Below are positions 9,584 through 20,013 of a stretch of 64,000 nt of DNA, piece by piece. Every line of letters starts with the position of its first letter. Position 1 is the stretch's first letter. The position numbers were made by a program, and so were the translations under genes. Under the pieces are notes generated by a model. It was given only the letters and a program-made list of their open reading frames with translations, was not told the origin of the DNA and ran no database searches. The stretch is taken from the NCBI GenBank assembly GCA_965203905.1, contig CBDBDQ010000005.1:6272001-6336000 (forward strand). The letters are read 5' to 3'. This DNA comes from Spirochaetia bacterium. Lineage in GTDB: Bacteria > Spirochaetota > Spirochaetia > SZUA-6 > Bin103.

Positions 9584-11956
9584 TTAGCTCGTGGCCTCTT
9601 GGATCGCCTGCCATACGTTCTGCGGCGTCAGCGGCATCGCCAGATCGCGCACCCCCAGGTGCCACAGGGCGTCGACCGCCGCGTTGACCACCGCCGGCGT
9701 GGCGCCGATGGTGCCCGCCTCGCCGGCGCCCTTCACCCCCAGCGCGTTGTGCGGACACGGGGTAACGGTGCGGTCCAGCTCGAACGAGGGCAGGTCATCC
9801 GCCCGCGGCATCGCGTAGTCCATGTAGGAGCCGTTGAGGAGCTGGCCGTCGGCGTCGTAGATCGCCCCCTCCAGCAGCGCCTGGCCGATGCCGTGGCAGA
9901 CGCCGCCGTGCACCTGCCCGTCGACGATCTGCGGGTTCACCACGTTGCCCACGTCGTCGACCGCAACGAATCTCTTCAAAGTTACCCTGCCGGTGTCGCC
10001 GCACACCTCGACGATGCAAAGATGGGCGCCGAAGGGAAAGGTGAAGTTGGCCGGATCGTAGAAGCTGGTGAAGTCCAGCCCCGGCTCCAGCCCCTCGGGA
10101 TAGTTGTGCGGCACGTAGGCGGTGAGCGCCACGTCGCCGAAGCCCACCGACTGGTCGGTGCCGCGCACCGTCCACTTGCCGCCGGCGTACTCCAGGTCCT
10201 CCTCGGCCGCCTCCAGCAGGTGGGCGGCAATCTTGGCGCCCTTCTCCTTCACCTTCTCCAGGCTGCGCACGATGGCGCTGCCGCCGACCGCCAGGCTGCG
10301 CGAGCCGTAGGTGCCCATCCCGAACGGCACCTGGTCGGTGTCGCCGTGGATGATGTCGACATCCTCCATCGGAATCCCGAGGTGATCGGCCACCACCTGG
10401 GCGAAGGTGGTCTCGTGCCCCTGTCCATGGGTGTGACTGCCCACGAACACCGACACCTTCCCCGTAGGTTGCACCCGCACGATGGCACTTTCAAAAAGAC
10501 CGGCGCGGGCGCCCAGCGATCCGACCACCGCCGAGGGAGCGATGCCGCACGCCTCGATGTAGGTGGAGAAGCCGATGCCGAGGTAGCGGCCCTCGGCGCG
10601 CGCCGCCTCCTGCTGGCGCCGAAAGTCCTCGTAGCCCACCATCTCCAGGGCCCGGTCGAGCGTTCCCTGGTAGTTGCCGCTGTCGTACTGCAGCGCGACC
10701 TGGGTCTGGTAACCGGGCTGCTCCACGCCGTCGAACGGCGGAATGAAGTTCCTGCTGCGCAGCTCGGCCGGATCGATGCCCAGCTCGTGGGCGGCGGTGT
10801 CCACCAGCCGCTCCAGCAGGTAGGTCGCCTCCGGCCGTCCGGCGCCGCGCAGGGCGTCCACGGGCACGGTGTTGGTGAACACCGCGGTCACGTCGACGTA
10901 GATCGCCGGCGTGGTGTACAGCCCCTGCAGCAGCGTGCCGTAGAGGTAGGTCGGCACGCAGGTGGAGAAGGTCGAGAGGTAGGCGCCCATGTTGGCGTGG
11001 GTGGAGACGCGCAGACCGACGAAACGGCCGTCGGCGTCCAGTCCCAGCTTTGCCGTGGTCACGTGATCGCGGCCCTGGGCGTCCGACACGAAGCTCTCGC
11101 TGCGCTCGGCGGTCCACTTCACCGGGCGCCCGATCTGGCGCGAGCACCAAGTCGCCAGGACCTCCTCGGCGTAGTGGAAGATCTTGCTGCCGAAACCGCC
11201 GCCGACATCCGGCGAGACCACTCGCACCTTGTGCTCGGGCAGTCCCAACACGAAAGCGGTCAGCAACAGGCGAATCACGTGCGGGTTCTGGGATGAGGTG
11301 TACAGGGTGTGGTGGTCGCGCGCCGCGTCGTAGTCGCCGATCGCGCAGCGCGGCTCGATGGCGTTGGTCACCAGCCGTTGGTTGGTGATCTCCAGGGTGG
11401 TGACGTGAGCGGCGCCCGCCAGTGCAGCATCCGTGGCTTCCTCATCGCCCAGGCCCCAGTCGAAGGGGACGTTGCGCGCCACGTCATCGTGCACCAGGGG
11501 AGCCCCGTCGCCGGTGGCGGCCACCATGTCGACCGCGGCCGGTAGCACGCCGTAGTCCACCGCGACCAGCTCGGCGGCATCCTTGGCCTGGTCCCTGGTC
11601 TCGGCGATCACGATCGCCACCGGGTCGCCCACGTGGCGCACCTTGCCCACCGCCAGCACCGGGTGCGGCGGCTCCTTCATGGTGTCGCCGTTCTTGAAGT
11701 CCACCTGCCAGCCGCACGGCAGTCCGCCGACTCCGGCCGCTTCCAGGTCCTGGCCCACGTACGCGGCCACCACCCCCGGAGCCGCCAGCGCCGCGGAGGT
11801 ATCCACGCTGTTGATGGTGGCGTGGGCGTGCGGGCTGCGCACGATTGCGGCGTGCGTCATGCCCGGCAGCTTGATGTCGTCGGTGTAGCGCGCCTTGCCG
11901 GTGATGAAGCGCTGGTCCTCGACCCGCTTGACCGCCTGGCCGATGTAGTTTGCCAT
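9584..11956 (-). CDS. coxL: Form II CoxL-like molybdopterin subunit (xanthine dehydrogenase family)
   Basis: DVGGGFGSK, active-site loop ALRGAGRPEA, HGQGHET, KGAGEAG. Confidence 0.85.
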   Translation of the reverse strand: MANYIGQAVKRVEDQRFITGKARYTDDIKLPGMTHAAIVRSPHAHATINSVDTSAALAAPGVVAAYVGQDLEAAGVGGLPCGWQVDFKNGDTMKEPPHPVLAVGKVRHVGDPVAIVIAETRDQAKDAAELVAVDYGVLPAAVDMVAATGDGAPLVHDDVARNVPFDWGLGDEEATDAALAGAAHVTTLEITNQRLVTNAIEPRCAIGDYDAARDHHTLYTSSQNPHVIRLLLTAFVLGLPEHKVRVVSPDVGGGFGSKIFHYAEEVLATWCSRQIGRPVKWTAERSESFVSDAQGRDHVTTAKLGLDADGRFVGLRVSTHANMGAYLSTFSTCVPTYLYGTLLQGLYTTPAIYVDVTAVFTNTVPVDALRGAGRPEATYLLERLVDTAAHELGIDPAELRSRNFIPPFDGVEQPGYQTQVALQYDSGNYQGTLDRALEMVGYEDFRRQQEAARAEGRYLGIGFSTYIEACGIAPSAVVGSLGARAGLFESAIVRVQPTGKVSVFVGSHTHGQGHETTFAQVVADHLGIPMEDVDIIHGDTDQVPFGMGTYGSRSLAVGGSAIVRSLEKVKEKGAKIAAHLLEAAEEDLEYAGGKWTVRGTDQSVGFGDVALTAYVPHNYPEGLEPGLDFTSFYDPANFTFPFGAHLCIVEVCGDTGRVTLKRFVAVDDVGNVVNPQIVDGQVHGGVCHGIGQALLEGAIYDADGQLLNGSYMDYAMPRADDLPSFELDRTVTPCPHNALGVKGAGEAGTIGATPAVVNAAVDALWHLGVRDLAMPLTPQNVWQAIQEATS

Positions 11957-11970
11957 CTCCCGTTCCTCCC

Positions 11971-12438
11971 CTAAGCCTTGGCGGCGGCCGCGTGGCGCAC
12001 CGACCGGACGATGTTCTCATACCCCGTGCAGCGGCAGAAGTTGCCCTCCAGGGCATGGCGGATCTCCGCGTCGCTGGGATCGGGGTTGCGCTCCAGGAGC
12101 TGCCAGGCGGCCATGATCATGCCCGGCGTGCAGAACCCGCACTGCAGGCCATGCTCCTCGTGGAACCCCTGCTGCAGCGGATGCAGCTCGCCGTTGCTTG
12201 CCAGCCCCTCGATGGTGGTGACGGTGGCGCCGTCTGCCTGCACCGCCAGCAGGGTGCAGCTCTTCACCGCGTTGCCGTTGACGGCGATGGTGCAGGCGCC
12301 GCAGCCGCTGGTGTCGCAGCCGACGTGGGTTCCCGTCAGCCCCAGCACGTCGCGCAGGAAGTCCACCAGCAACAGCCGCGGCTCCACCTCTTCCTGGTAG
12401 TTCCGGCCGTTGACGGTGACGCTGATAGACACGCTCAT
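11971..12438 (-). CDS. coxS: CoxS-like 2Fe-2S subunit
   Basis: [27 protein letters not shown]. Confidence 0.9.
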   Translation of the reverse strand: MSVSISVTVNGRNYQEEVEPRLLLVDFLRDVLGLTGTHVGCDTSGCGACTIAVNGNAVKSCTLLAVQADGATVTTIEGLASNGELHPLQQGFHEEHGLQCGFCTPGMIMAAWQLLERNPDPSDAEIRHALEGNFCRCTGYENIVRSVRHAAAAKA

Positions 12439-12923
12439 GAATCCCCCTCCTGTGGCGCCGCCGGTACCGGCGTAGCGCTCCGTAGTTCTCGTTCCAGTGC
12501 TTGAAAGAATTGCTTGGTGAGCAGGCGGCCGACGCCGCTGAGGACGCGCTGGCCCATGCGTACCAGGAGCCCGGTGAGCCTGGCGTCCGCGGCGAACGTG
12601 ACCCGCGTCTGCTCCGGGTCGCTGCCCGCCACCGGAGTGGCGGTGACGGTGGCCTCCGCGGCCGTCGAACCGGCGTTGCCGGCGATGTCGATCAGCAGCC
12701 GGAAGCGCTCCGGCGCCACCCGGTCCGCCACCCGCAGCGTACCGCTGAAGGTGCTGTTGATCGGTCCCATCTTGATGGCGAACAGCGCGCGGTAGGTGTC
12801 CTCGCCCTGCGCCTGCAGCTCCTGCAGCCCCGGCGTGATGCGGGCCAGCACGTCGGCATCGTTCAACAGCTCCCAGACATGCCTTCGAGTGGCGGAAAAG
12901 GTGTGCTCGCCTTCCAGATGCAT
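12435..12923 (-). CDS. coxG: CoxG/SRPBCC family protein
   Basis: MHLEGEHTF...VWELLND...LARITPG; upstream of coxS. Confidence 0.8.
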   Translation of the reverse strand: MHLEGEHTFSATRRHVWELLNDADVLARITPGLQELQAQGEDTYRALFAIKMGPINSTFSGTLRVADRVAPERFRLLIDIAGNAGSTAAEATVTATPVAGSDPEQTRVTFAADARLTGLLVRMGQRVLSGVGRLLTKQFFQALERELRSATPVPAAPQEGDS

Positions 12924-13182
12924 TGCCAGGCCCCGCACCCCGACTATAGCCGTTGATCGTATTCCCGTCAAAGCGCTCGCCGCGGAACTGCTTGCAGGTC
13001 AATTAATTAATCTACATTTACTCAAGTTATTCCAATTAATACATCGCCCGGCGGCACGGCACTGGACGAACCCGGCGCCGAACCTGCCACGGCGGCCGGC
13101 CGCGGTTGACTTTCCGTGGGGATGGCTTAGGCTGACGCTAGGTGGGCTCCGACCAACCAGCCCGCCGACGAAGGAGAGCACG

Positions 13183-15203
13183 ATGGGAAGACGGGTACTG
13201 GTCGCGGCGCTGCTTGCGCTCGTGGCGGGGATTCCGGCGGTTGCCGGAAGCACTTCCGAAACTGTGGCGGCGGGGCGGCGCCCGTGGAGCTGGGGCCGGG
13301 ACCGCTGACCGCCGCGGCACGCTGGCAGTCGCCGGGCGCATACGAGGCGGCCACCGGCAACTCGATCAGCAGCTTCAGCGAGGCGCCGGTGCTGGCGGCG
13401 ATGGTGAGCGCGGGAACGCTGCCTCCGGTCGCAGAGCGGGTGTCGGACGAGCCGCTGGTGGTGCAGCCGCTGGAGCGCATCGGCAAGTTCGGCGGCCAGC
13501 TCAACGTGACGATGCGCCAGGAGGACTTCTGGGGGCCGCAATCCTACATGCACCTGGAGCCGATTCTGGTCAAGGCACGGCCCGACCTGGTCCAGGTGAT
13601 CCCCAACATCGCCAAGGAGCTGGAGCAGAGCGCCGACGCGAAGCGCTACACGCTGCATCTGCGCAAGGGCATGAGCTGGTCCGACGGGGCGCCGTTCACG
13701 GCCGACGACTTCGTCTTCTGGTACGAGGACATCCTGCAGAACCAGGAGGTGATGGCGCGGGTCAGGGACCCCTGGAAGGCCGGCGGCGAGTTCGTGAAGG
13801 TGACCAAGATCGACGACACCACGGTGCAGTTCGACTTCGCCGTCACGGTGCCTGGCTTCGCGCACGCCCTGTCCAAGAGATCGGCGGGTTCCGGGGTTCA
13901 GACCGGCGGCCCGTTCTACCCGGCGCACTACACCAGGCAGTTCCACATCAAGTACAACCCGGACGCCGGCAAGCTGGCCAAGGAAGCGGGCTTCGACGAG
14001 TGGTACCAGCTCCTGGCGGCCAGGAACATCTACGGAGACAACCGCTACGCCGAAGGACTGCCGGTGCTGGACGCCTGGATCGCAGAGACGGTGGCCCTGG
14101 ACCACGTGCTCCTGACCCGCAACCCCTACTACTGGAAGGTCGACACCGCGGGCAACCAGCTGCCCTACATCGACCGGGTCCTGGGACAGTACGCCGGCAA
14201 CCCGGAACTGGTCGCCGCCAAGGCGATCAGCGGCGAGCAGGATGTCGGGCTGGGCATCTACGGCGGCAGCATGCAGATCGCCAAGGTCCCGGTGTTCATG
14301 CAGAACGCCGAGAAGAACAACTACCGCGTGTCGCTGCAGCGCACCATCGACTGGGCGGCGACGGAAGTGGCCTTGTTTCCCAACCACACCGTGGAGGACC
14401 CGGTGCTGCGCGAGCTGTTCCACACGCCCAAGTTCAAGCAGGCCCTCTCCCACGCCATCAACCGCGACGAGGTCAATGAGCTGATATTCCTGGACATGGG
14501 AGTGCCGCGCGGCGCGGTTATCCAGGACCAGGCGGCCTTCAACGGGACGCAGTGGGAGGACCTGTACATCGACTACGACCCGGAGCTGGCCAAGCGGCTG
14601 CTCGACGAGGTCGGTGTCACCGCCAACGCCGACGGCGTGCGCATGCGCTCCGACGGCAAGCCACTGGAGCTGATCCTCTCGGTGGCCTCGCGGCGGGCGT
14701 CACACCCCGGCGCCGGGGAGCTGATTGCCGACCACTGGAGCGACATCGGCATCAAGACGATCGTCGACGACCAGGGCCCGGGCAGGGACCTGTTCACCAC
14801 CGTCGGCGGCAACAAGGGCCAGATATACATGTGGTCGATCGAGGGCAGCTTCATGTCCAACATCCTGGAGAAGCCGCAGTGGTGGGGCCGCGGCGCCTGG
14901 TGGGGCCGGAGCTGGGAGGCCTGGTACGCCAGCGGCGGCAAGGAGGGCGAGGAGCCGACTGGGGAAGCCCGTGCGTTCATCGAAGCGTGGCGCACCCTCC
15001 TGGTCACGCCCGACGAGGCCGAACGGCTGGAGCTGGGCCACCAGGCGCTGGAGAACCTGAGCAGGAACCTCTGGTTCATCGGTGTCGTCGGCCCGGGACC
15101 GGACGTCCGCTTCGCCCGCAACAACCTCAAGAACATCGACCTGGACCGGCTGCCGCACCTGCAGTACGCATTCAGCGGCTCCTTCCAGTGGTACCTCGAG
15201 TAG
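13183..15203 (+). pseudogene. ABC substrate-binding protein (family 5), frameshifted after the signal peptide (or a sequencing indel)
   Basis: AAGGAG RBS and ATG 13183 encode a signal peptide; the mature domain continues in another frame; one extra G in the GGGG run at 13272-13275 restores the ORF. Confidence 0.75.
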
Positions 15204-15246
15204 CGACCGGCGCGCCGACCCGGCGTAGTTACCGCCCGCAGTGAAT

Positions 15247-15289
15247 CGGGAGCCGCGGTCCGGGGACGGGCCCCGGCTCCCGTTTTCTT
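15247..15289 (+). terminator. Stem-loop plus T-tract between SBP and permease
   Basis: CGGGAGCCG...CGGCTCCCG followed by TTTTCTT. Confidence 0.55.
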
Positions 15290-15293
15290 GGTA

Positions 15294-16289
15294 ATGGCTG
15301 GCTACATCTTCCGGCGACTTGCGTACATGCTCTTGCTCCTGCTGGTGCTCTCGGTGTGTGCCTTCGCCATCATCCAGCTGCCGCCGGGCGACTACATCAC
15401 CGACTACATCGCCGAGCTGCAGATGCGCGGCACGGACGTGAGCGAGGCGGAAATCGAGAATCTGCGCCACCAGTACGGCCTCGACAAGCCGCTCTACGTC
15501 CAGTATTTCCTCTGGATGGGCAAGATGGTGCGCGGCAACATGGGTTGGTCGTTCGCGCACCACCGCCCGGTGAGCGAATTGTTGTGGGAACGGCTGCCGA
15601 TGACGGCGCTGATTTCGCTGCTCTCCCTGGTGTTCGTCTACTTGGTGGCGGTACCCATCGGGATCTACTCGGCGACCCACCAGTACTCGTTCGCCGACTA
15701 CAGCTTTACCGTGGTCGGCTTCGTCGGTCTTGCCACGCCCAACTTCCTGCTGGCGCTGGTGCTGATGATCGTGTTCTTCCAGCTCTTCGGCCTCAAGATC
15801 GGTGGGCTGTTCTCCATCGCCTACGTCAACGCCCCGTGGAGCTTCGCCAAGGTCCTGGACCTCCTGCGCCATCTGCCGGTGCCGATCATCGTGATCGGTA
15901 CCGCGGGGACGGCCGGGCTGATTCGCGTCCTCCGCGGGTCGCTGCTCGACGAGCTGCGCAAGCAGTACGTGATCACGGCTCGCGCCAAGGGCATGGACGA
16001 GCGGCCGCTCCTGTTCAAGTACCCGGTGCGCGTGGCGGTGAACCCGCTGGTGAGCACCGTGGGCTGGCTGCTTCCCGAGATCGTATCCGGGGAGACGATC
16101 GTTGCCATCGTGCTGGGACTGCCGACGATCGGGCCGCTGGTGTTCTTTTCGTTGCTGCAGCAGGACATGTTCCTCGCCGGCAGCACCATCATGCTGCTCA
16201 GTTTTCTGACGGTAATCGGCACTCTGATATCCGATCTGATGCTGGTGTGGGTGGATCCGCGTATTCGCTTCGAGGCCGTGCAGAGGTAA
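15294..16289 (+). CDS. ABC permease (OppB/DppB-like)
   Basis: YVITARAKG EAA loop, DPRIR C-terminus. Confidence 0.9.
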   Translation: MAGYIFRRLAYMLLLLLVLSVCAFAIIQLPPGDYITDYIAELQMRGTDVSEAEIENLRHQYGLDKPLYVQYFLWMGKMVRGNMGWSFAHHRPVSELLWERLPMTALISLLSLVFVYLVAVPIGIYSATHQYSFADYSFTVVGFVGLATPNFLLALVLMIVFFQLFGLKIGGLFSIAYVNAPWSFAKVLDLLRHLPVPIIVIGTAGTAGLIRVLRGSLLDELRKQYVITARAKGMDERPLLFKYPVRVAVNPLVSTVGWLLPEIVSGETIVAIVLGLPTIGPLVFFSLLQQDMFLAGSTIMLLSFLTVIGTLISDLMLVWVDPRIRFEAVQR

Positions 16290-16290
16290 C

Positions 16291-17433
16291 GTGCGCATGC
16301 GGGAGATGATGGCACCGCGTCGTCAGGGACTGGCCGACGCTCGCGGCGAGTTGACCGAGCGGTACTTCGTGGCGACGCAGTGGCAGTTGATGTGGCGCAA
16401 GTTCCGGCGCCATCGGCTGGCGCTGGTCGGGGCCGCGGTGCTTGCGGTCTTCTACCTGGGCGCGTTGTTCGCCGAGTTCCTGTCCCCGAGCGTACCGTCC
16501 GAGCGTTATGCAAAGATGGCATTTGCCCCGCCGCAACGGGTGCGCCTGTTGCACCAGGGCCGGCTGCGCGGTCCGTTCGTATACGGCTACCAGCGCACGA
16601 CGGACCCCGTGACGCTGCAGAAGAACTACCTCGCGGACGAGGCTCAACTGGTGCCGATCGGTCTGTTGGTACGCGGCCCCGAGTACAAGCTGTGGGGACT
16701 GTTCGCAGGTGACCGCCACCTGTTCGGCAGCGCCGAGGGTGCGCCGGTCATGTTGCTCGGGGCGGACAGTTTCGGGCGCGACCTGCTGACGCGCAACATC
16801 TACGCGGCGCGGGTGTCGCTCTCGGTCGGGCTGGCCGCGGTGCTGGTGAGCTTCGTGCTCGGCGTCATCCTGGGCGGCATCTCCGGCTACTTCGGGGGCT
16901 CGGTCGACCTCGCCATCCAACGCTTCATCGAGTTTCTGATGTCGCTGCCGACGATTCCGGTGTGGATGGGCCTGTCGGCGGCGCTGCCCCTCGAATGGTC
17001 TTCGATCAAGATATACTTCGTGGTCACGCTGATCCTGTCGATCATCGGCTGGACCGGCCTGGCTCGCGTCGTGCGCGGCAAGTTCCTGGAGTTGCGCGAA
17101 GGCGACTTCGTGACGGCGGCGCGGATCTCCGGGGCGCGCGAGGCAAGCATCATCGCAGCGCACCTGGTGCCCGCGTTCATGAGCTACCTCATCGTGCACC
17201 TGACCCTGGCGATCCCGCGCATCATTCTCGGCGAGACGGCGCTCAGTTTCCTGGGCCTCGGCATCCGCTCCCCGGCGGTGAGCTGGGGCACCCTGCTGAA
17301 GGACGCCCAAAACGTCGAGACCGTGGTGCTCTACCCGTGGCTGATGCTGCCCGCGCTGTTCGTGGTCGCGGCCGTGCTGATGTTCAACTTTCTCGGCGAC
17401 GGCCTGCGAGATGCCGCGGATCCATACGGGTAA
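16291..17433 (+). CDS. ABC permease (OppC/DppC-like)
   Basis: LGADSFGRD, ETALSFLGLG, SWG, GDGLRDAADP. Confidence 0.9.
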   Translation: MRMREMMAPRRQGLADARGELTERYFVATQWQLMWRKFRRHRLALVGAAVLAVFYLGALFAEFLSPSVPSERYAKMAFAPPQRVRLLHQGRLRGPFVYGYQRTTDPVTLQKNYLADEAQLVPIGLLVRGPEYKLWGLFAGDRHLFGSAEGAPVMLLGADSFGRDLLTRNIYAARVSLSVGLAAVLVSFVLGVILGGISGYFGGSVDLAIQRFIEFLMSLPTIPVWMGLSAALPLEWSSIKIYFVVTLILSIIGWTGLARVVRGKFLELREGDFVTAARISGAREASIIAAHLVPAFMSYLIVHLTLAIPRIILGETALSFLGLGIRSPAVSWGTLLKDAQNVETVVLYPWLMLPALFVVAAVLMFNFLGDGLRDAADPYG

Positions 17434-17462
17434 CGGCGGGTAACGCACCGAGGAGCGAATTG

Positions 17463-19163
17463 ATGAGTTCCGACACCCTCCACAATGGAATAGCGCTGCC
17501 GGCGGAATGGCCGCCGCGCACCATGGACCCGGCGGCGCGCGAGCCGATGCCGGTTCCCTACCTGGACTCCCCGCCCCCGGTGATACCGATTGACGTGGGC
17601 CGGCAACTGTTCGTCGATTCGTTTCTGATCGAGAGGACCGATCTGAAACGGGTGTTTCACGCGGCGCGGAAGTACGACGGGAACCCGATCCTGGTGCCGG
17701 AGACGGACGCCGAGCAGGAGTCGGGCGCGGCCACGGCCTGTCCCTTCGACGATGGAGTCGCCTACGATCCGGTCACGAGGAAATTCCTGCTGTGGTACGT
17801 GGCTTCCTTCCGCTGGGATCCACTCCACTACCTCGGCCCGGGACACACGGCAGTGGCGGTCAGCGACGATGGTCTGCATTGGGAGCGGCCGGACCTGGAC
17901 GTTGTGCCCGGCACCAACCTGGTCCTCCCCCACGAGTCACCGCGGCGCTCGCGCGACAGCTTCTGCCCGCTGCTGGACCACGCGGCGGAGGACCCGTCAG
18001 AGCGCTTCAAGGCCTACCTCTTCATGCGCCTCGCGGACCCCGGCCGCAGCCGCAGGCAGCCGAACGAGAACTGGCTCCTGACGTCGGGCGATGGTATCCA
18101 CTGGACCAACGTGGGACGGTTCCCTGCGCGCGGGGCCGACGGCACGACCCTCCACTACAATCCCTTCAGGCGGAAGTGGGTGCTGAACCTCAAGCGCGGC
18201 TATGCCGGCATGCGCGGCCGCACCTATATCGAGCGGGATCGGTTTGGGGAGTTCCTGCGCCTGCGCGAGGCCACGGCGGCCGAGGCCGCGCGCCAGGTCA
18301 GGCGCCGCGACCAGCCGCCTCCGGGGTTGTCCGAGGGGGAGGTGCTGTGGGTAGGCGCGGACCGACTCGACCTGCCGGATCCGGACTGGGTCGTGCAGGA
18401 GCCGACGCAGCTCTACATGCTGGAGGTGGTGCCCTACGAGAGCATCATGCTGGGCCTGTTCGCGATCCACTACGGTCCGCACAACGACGTGTGCACGCAG
18501 GGGAAGTTCCCGAAGCTGACGCAGATCAAGCTGGGCTACAGCCGCGACGGCTTCCACTGGCATCGCCCCGACCGGGAGCTGTTCATCGGAGCCACCAAGC
18601 GGGACGGAGACTGGGATCGGGCCTACCTGAGACCGGCTTCAGGCTGTGTGATTCTCCGCGACCGGCTGCACTTCTACTACTCGGGGTTCTCCGGCATCAC
18701 CCCCTCCGGAGTGCGCCACCTCTATGCCGGCGGCAGCACCCACGTCGCCTCGATCCGCCGCGACGGTTTCGTCTCCATGGATGCCGGTGAGGCGACCGGG
18801 GAGTTGGTCACCCGACCGCTCACCTTCACGGGGCGGCACCTTTTCGTCAACCTGGAGGCCCCGAAAGGCGAACTGCGGGTCGAAGTTCTCGGCCCTGACG
18901 GTCGGGCAATCGAGCCCTTCTCCATCGAGAGATGCATACCTTCACACGGCGACGCGACCCGCATCCGCGTCCGCTGGCGGGGAGCCGCGGACCTCTCGGC
19001 TGCAAGCCGGAGGCACGGAACGCGCGGGACGCCGACCCGGTTTCGATTCCAACTGGCGAACGGCAGCCTTTACTCCTTCTGGGTCACCTCCGACCCCAAC
19101 GGCAAGAGCCACGGCTACGTCGCCTCCGGCGGACCCGGGTTCGAAGGCCCGAGAGACATGTGA
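17463..19163 (+). CDS. Putative five-bladed beta-propeller glycoside hydrolase (GH32/43-like)
   Basis: GAGGAG RBS; Asp-box-like SDDGLHW, SGDGIHW, SRDGFHW; IRRDGFVSM C-terminal module. Confidence 0.65.
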   Translation: MSSDTLHNGIALPAEWPPRTMDPAAREPMPVPYLDSPPPVIPIDVGRQLFVDSFLIERTDLKRVFHAARKYDGNPILVPETDAEQESGAATACPFDDGVAYDPVTRKFLLWYVASFRWDPLHYLGPGHTAVAVSDDGLHWERPDLDVVPGTNLVLPHESPRRSRDSFCPLLDHAAEDPSERFKAYLFMRLADPGRSRRQPNENWLLTSGDGIHWTNVGRFPARGADGTTLHYNPFRRKWVLNLKRGYAGMRGRTYIERDRFGEFLRLREATAAEAARQVRRRDQPPPGLSEGEVLWVGADRLDLPDPDWVVQEPTQLYMLEVVPYESIMLGLFAIHYGPHNDVCTQGKFPKLTQIKLGYSRDGFHWHRPDRELFIGATKRDGDWDRAYLRPASGCVILRDRLHFYYSGFSGITPSGVRHLYAGGSTHVASIRRDGFVSMDAGEATGELVTRPLTFTGRHLFVNLEAPKGELRVEVLGPDGRAIEPFSIERCIPSHGDATRIRVRWRGAADLSAASRRHGTRGTPTRFRFQLANGSLYSFWVTSDPNGKSHGYVASGGPGFEGPRDM

Positions 19164-19340
19164 GCAGCCGCACCGCCTGGAACGCGAACAAGCGATCCTG
19201 CTCGACACCACGCGGTCGTCACGTTACATCACGTAGGCGAACGAAACAGCGACCACGACGACGGTTTCCTGGCCACGGTATGTTTCGGTCTTGAAGTCTC
19301 TCAGCGCTCTCGGTGTATCGAATGGCAGGCGGAGACGGGC

Positions 19341-19883
19341 TCAATTAGTTCCGAGCTTTCTCAAGACATCGTCGCCCGGAACGCGCTTGCCGGTATCGGC
19401 GAGTTGCTGCTCAAGTACGGCGCGCGCATCGTCTGAGTGCTGTTCGATTGTGGTCACCAAGTCGAGCCGTCTGCCGCGCCTGCCCTGCTGGGCCTTTGTC
19501 ATGGGCGGCGTGGCATACACATAGTCCAGCAAACTCGCGAGATCCATCCTTGAGAACCGGCGGACGATATACGTCACGACGTTCTCCACGTCGGCATCGC
19601 CTTCTTGCGGGGGCTCAGCCATCGTGTACAGCGCGTAGTGGTGTCCGTCCCTCGTAGTGCCGTACTTCACGGTCACCGCATGCTTGTCGACCAGATCCAA
19701 CAACGCCGTCGCAAGGGCGTCGCAGTATGGGCCTCGAAGGTGCCAGATGTACGGGAGGGAGGTGAGCGGCCTCCCGGTGAGTTGCACCCAAGCCAGATCG
19801 ACGAGATAGACCAACTTCATGAGCTTGGTCGTTGGCAGTGGCCCGTGTTTGAGGATGTGCAAGATCAGGTCCGAGGCTTGCAT
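19341..19883 (-). CDS. Panacea/DUF4065 (SocA-like) antitoxin-domain protein
   Basis: TKLMKLVYLVD...YIWHLRGPY...LLDYVYATPPM. Confidence 0.75.
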   Translation of the reverse strand: MQASDLILHILKHGPLPTTKLMKLVYLVDLAWVQLTGRPLTSLPYIWHLRGPYCDALATALLDLVDKHAVTVKYGTTRDGHHYALYTMAEPPQEGDADVENVVTYIVRRFSRMDLASLLDYVYATPPMTKAQQGRRGRRLDLVTTIEQHSDDARAVLEQQLADTGKRVPGDDVLRKLGTN

Positions 19884-19952
19884 CGCTGGCTGAACAGGTA
19901 ATCGCACGGTGACCTGACCGTCAAGTCAAGGCCCGTCGCCGACGTCGAGCGA

Positions 19953-19968
19953 TTCTCAATCTTGAGAA
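19953..19968. promoter_or_regulatory. Perfect palindrome upstream of the Panacea gene (candidate operator)
   Basis: TTCTCAA-TC-TTGAGAA. Confidence 0.45.
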
Positions 19969-20013
19969 CTCGTTGCCACTGAGAATGGAGTGAGTATCAC
20001 CGGAGATAGCCAT

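Noticed and set aside
8759-11296. 845-aa plus-strand ORF (also 31172..33643, 14700..16298, 19990..21630, 62268..63803 and similar)
   Set aside because: Antisense shadows of well-supported genes in high-GC DNA; no motifs of their own.
9584-11956. Bona fide form I CO dehydrogenase
   Set aside because: Lacks AYxCSFR and has S-L-M gene order.
13068-13083. Alphaproteobacterial LexA box
   Set aside because: Spacing is GAAC-N8-GAAC rather than N7, and the downstream genes are not SOS genes.
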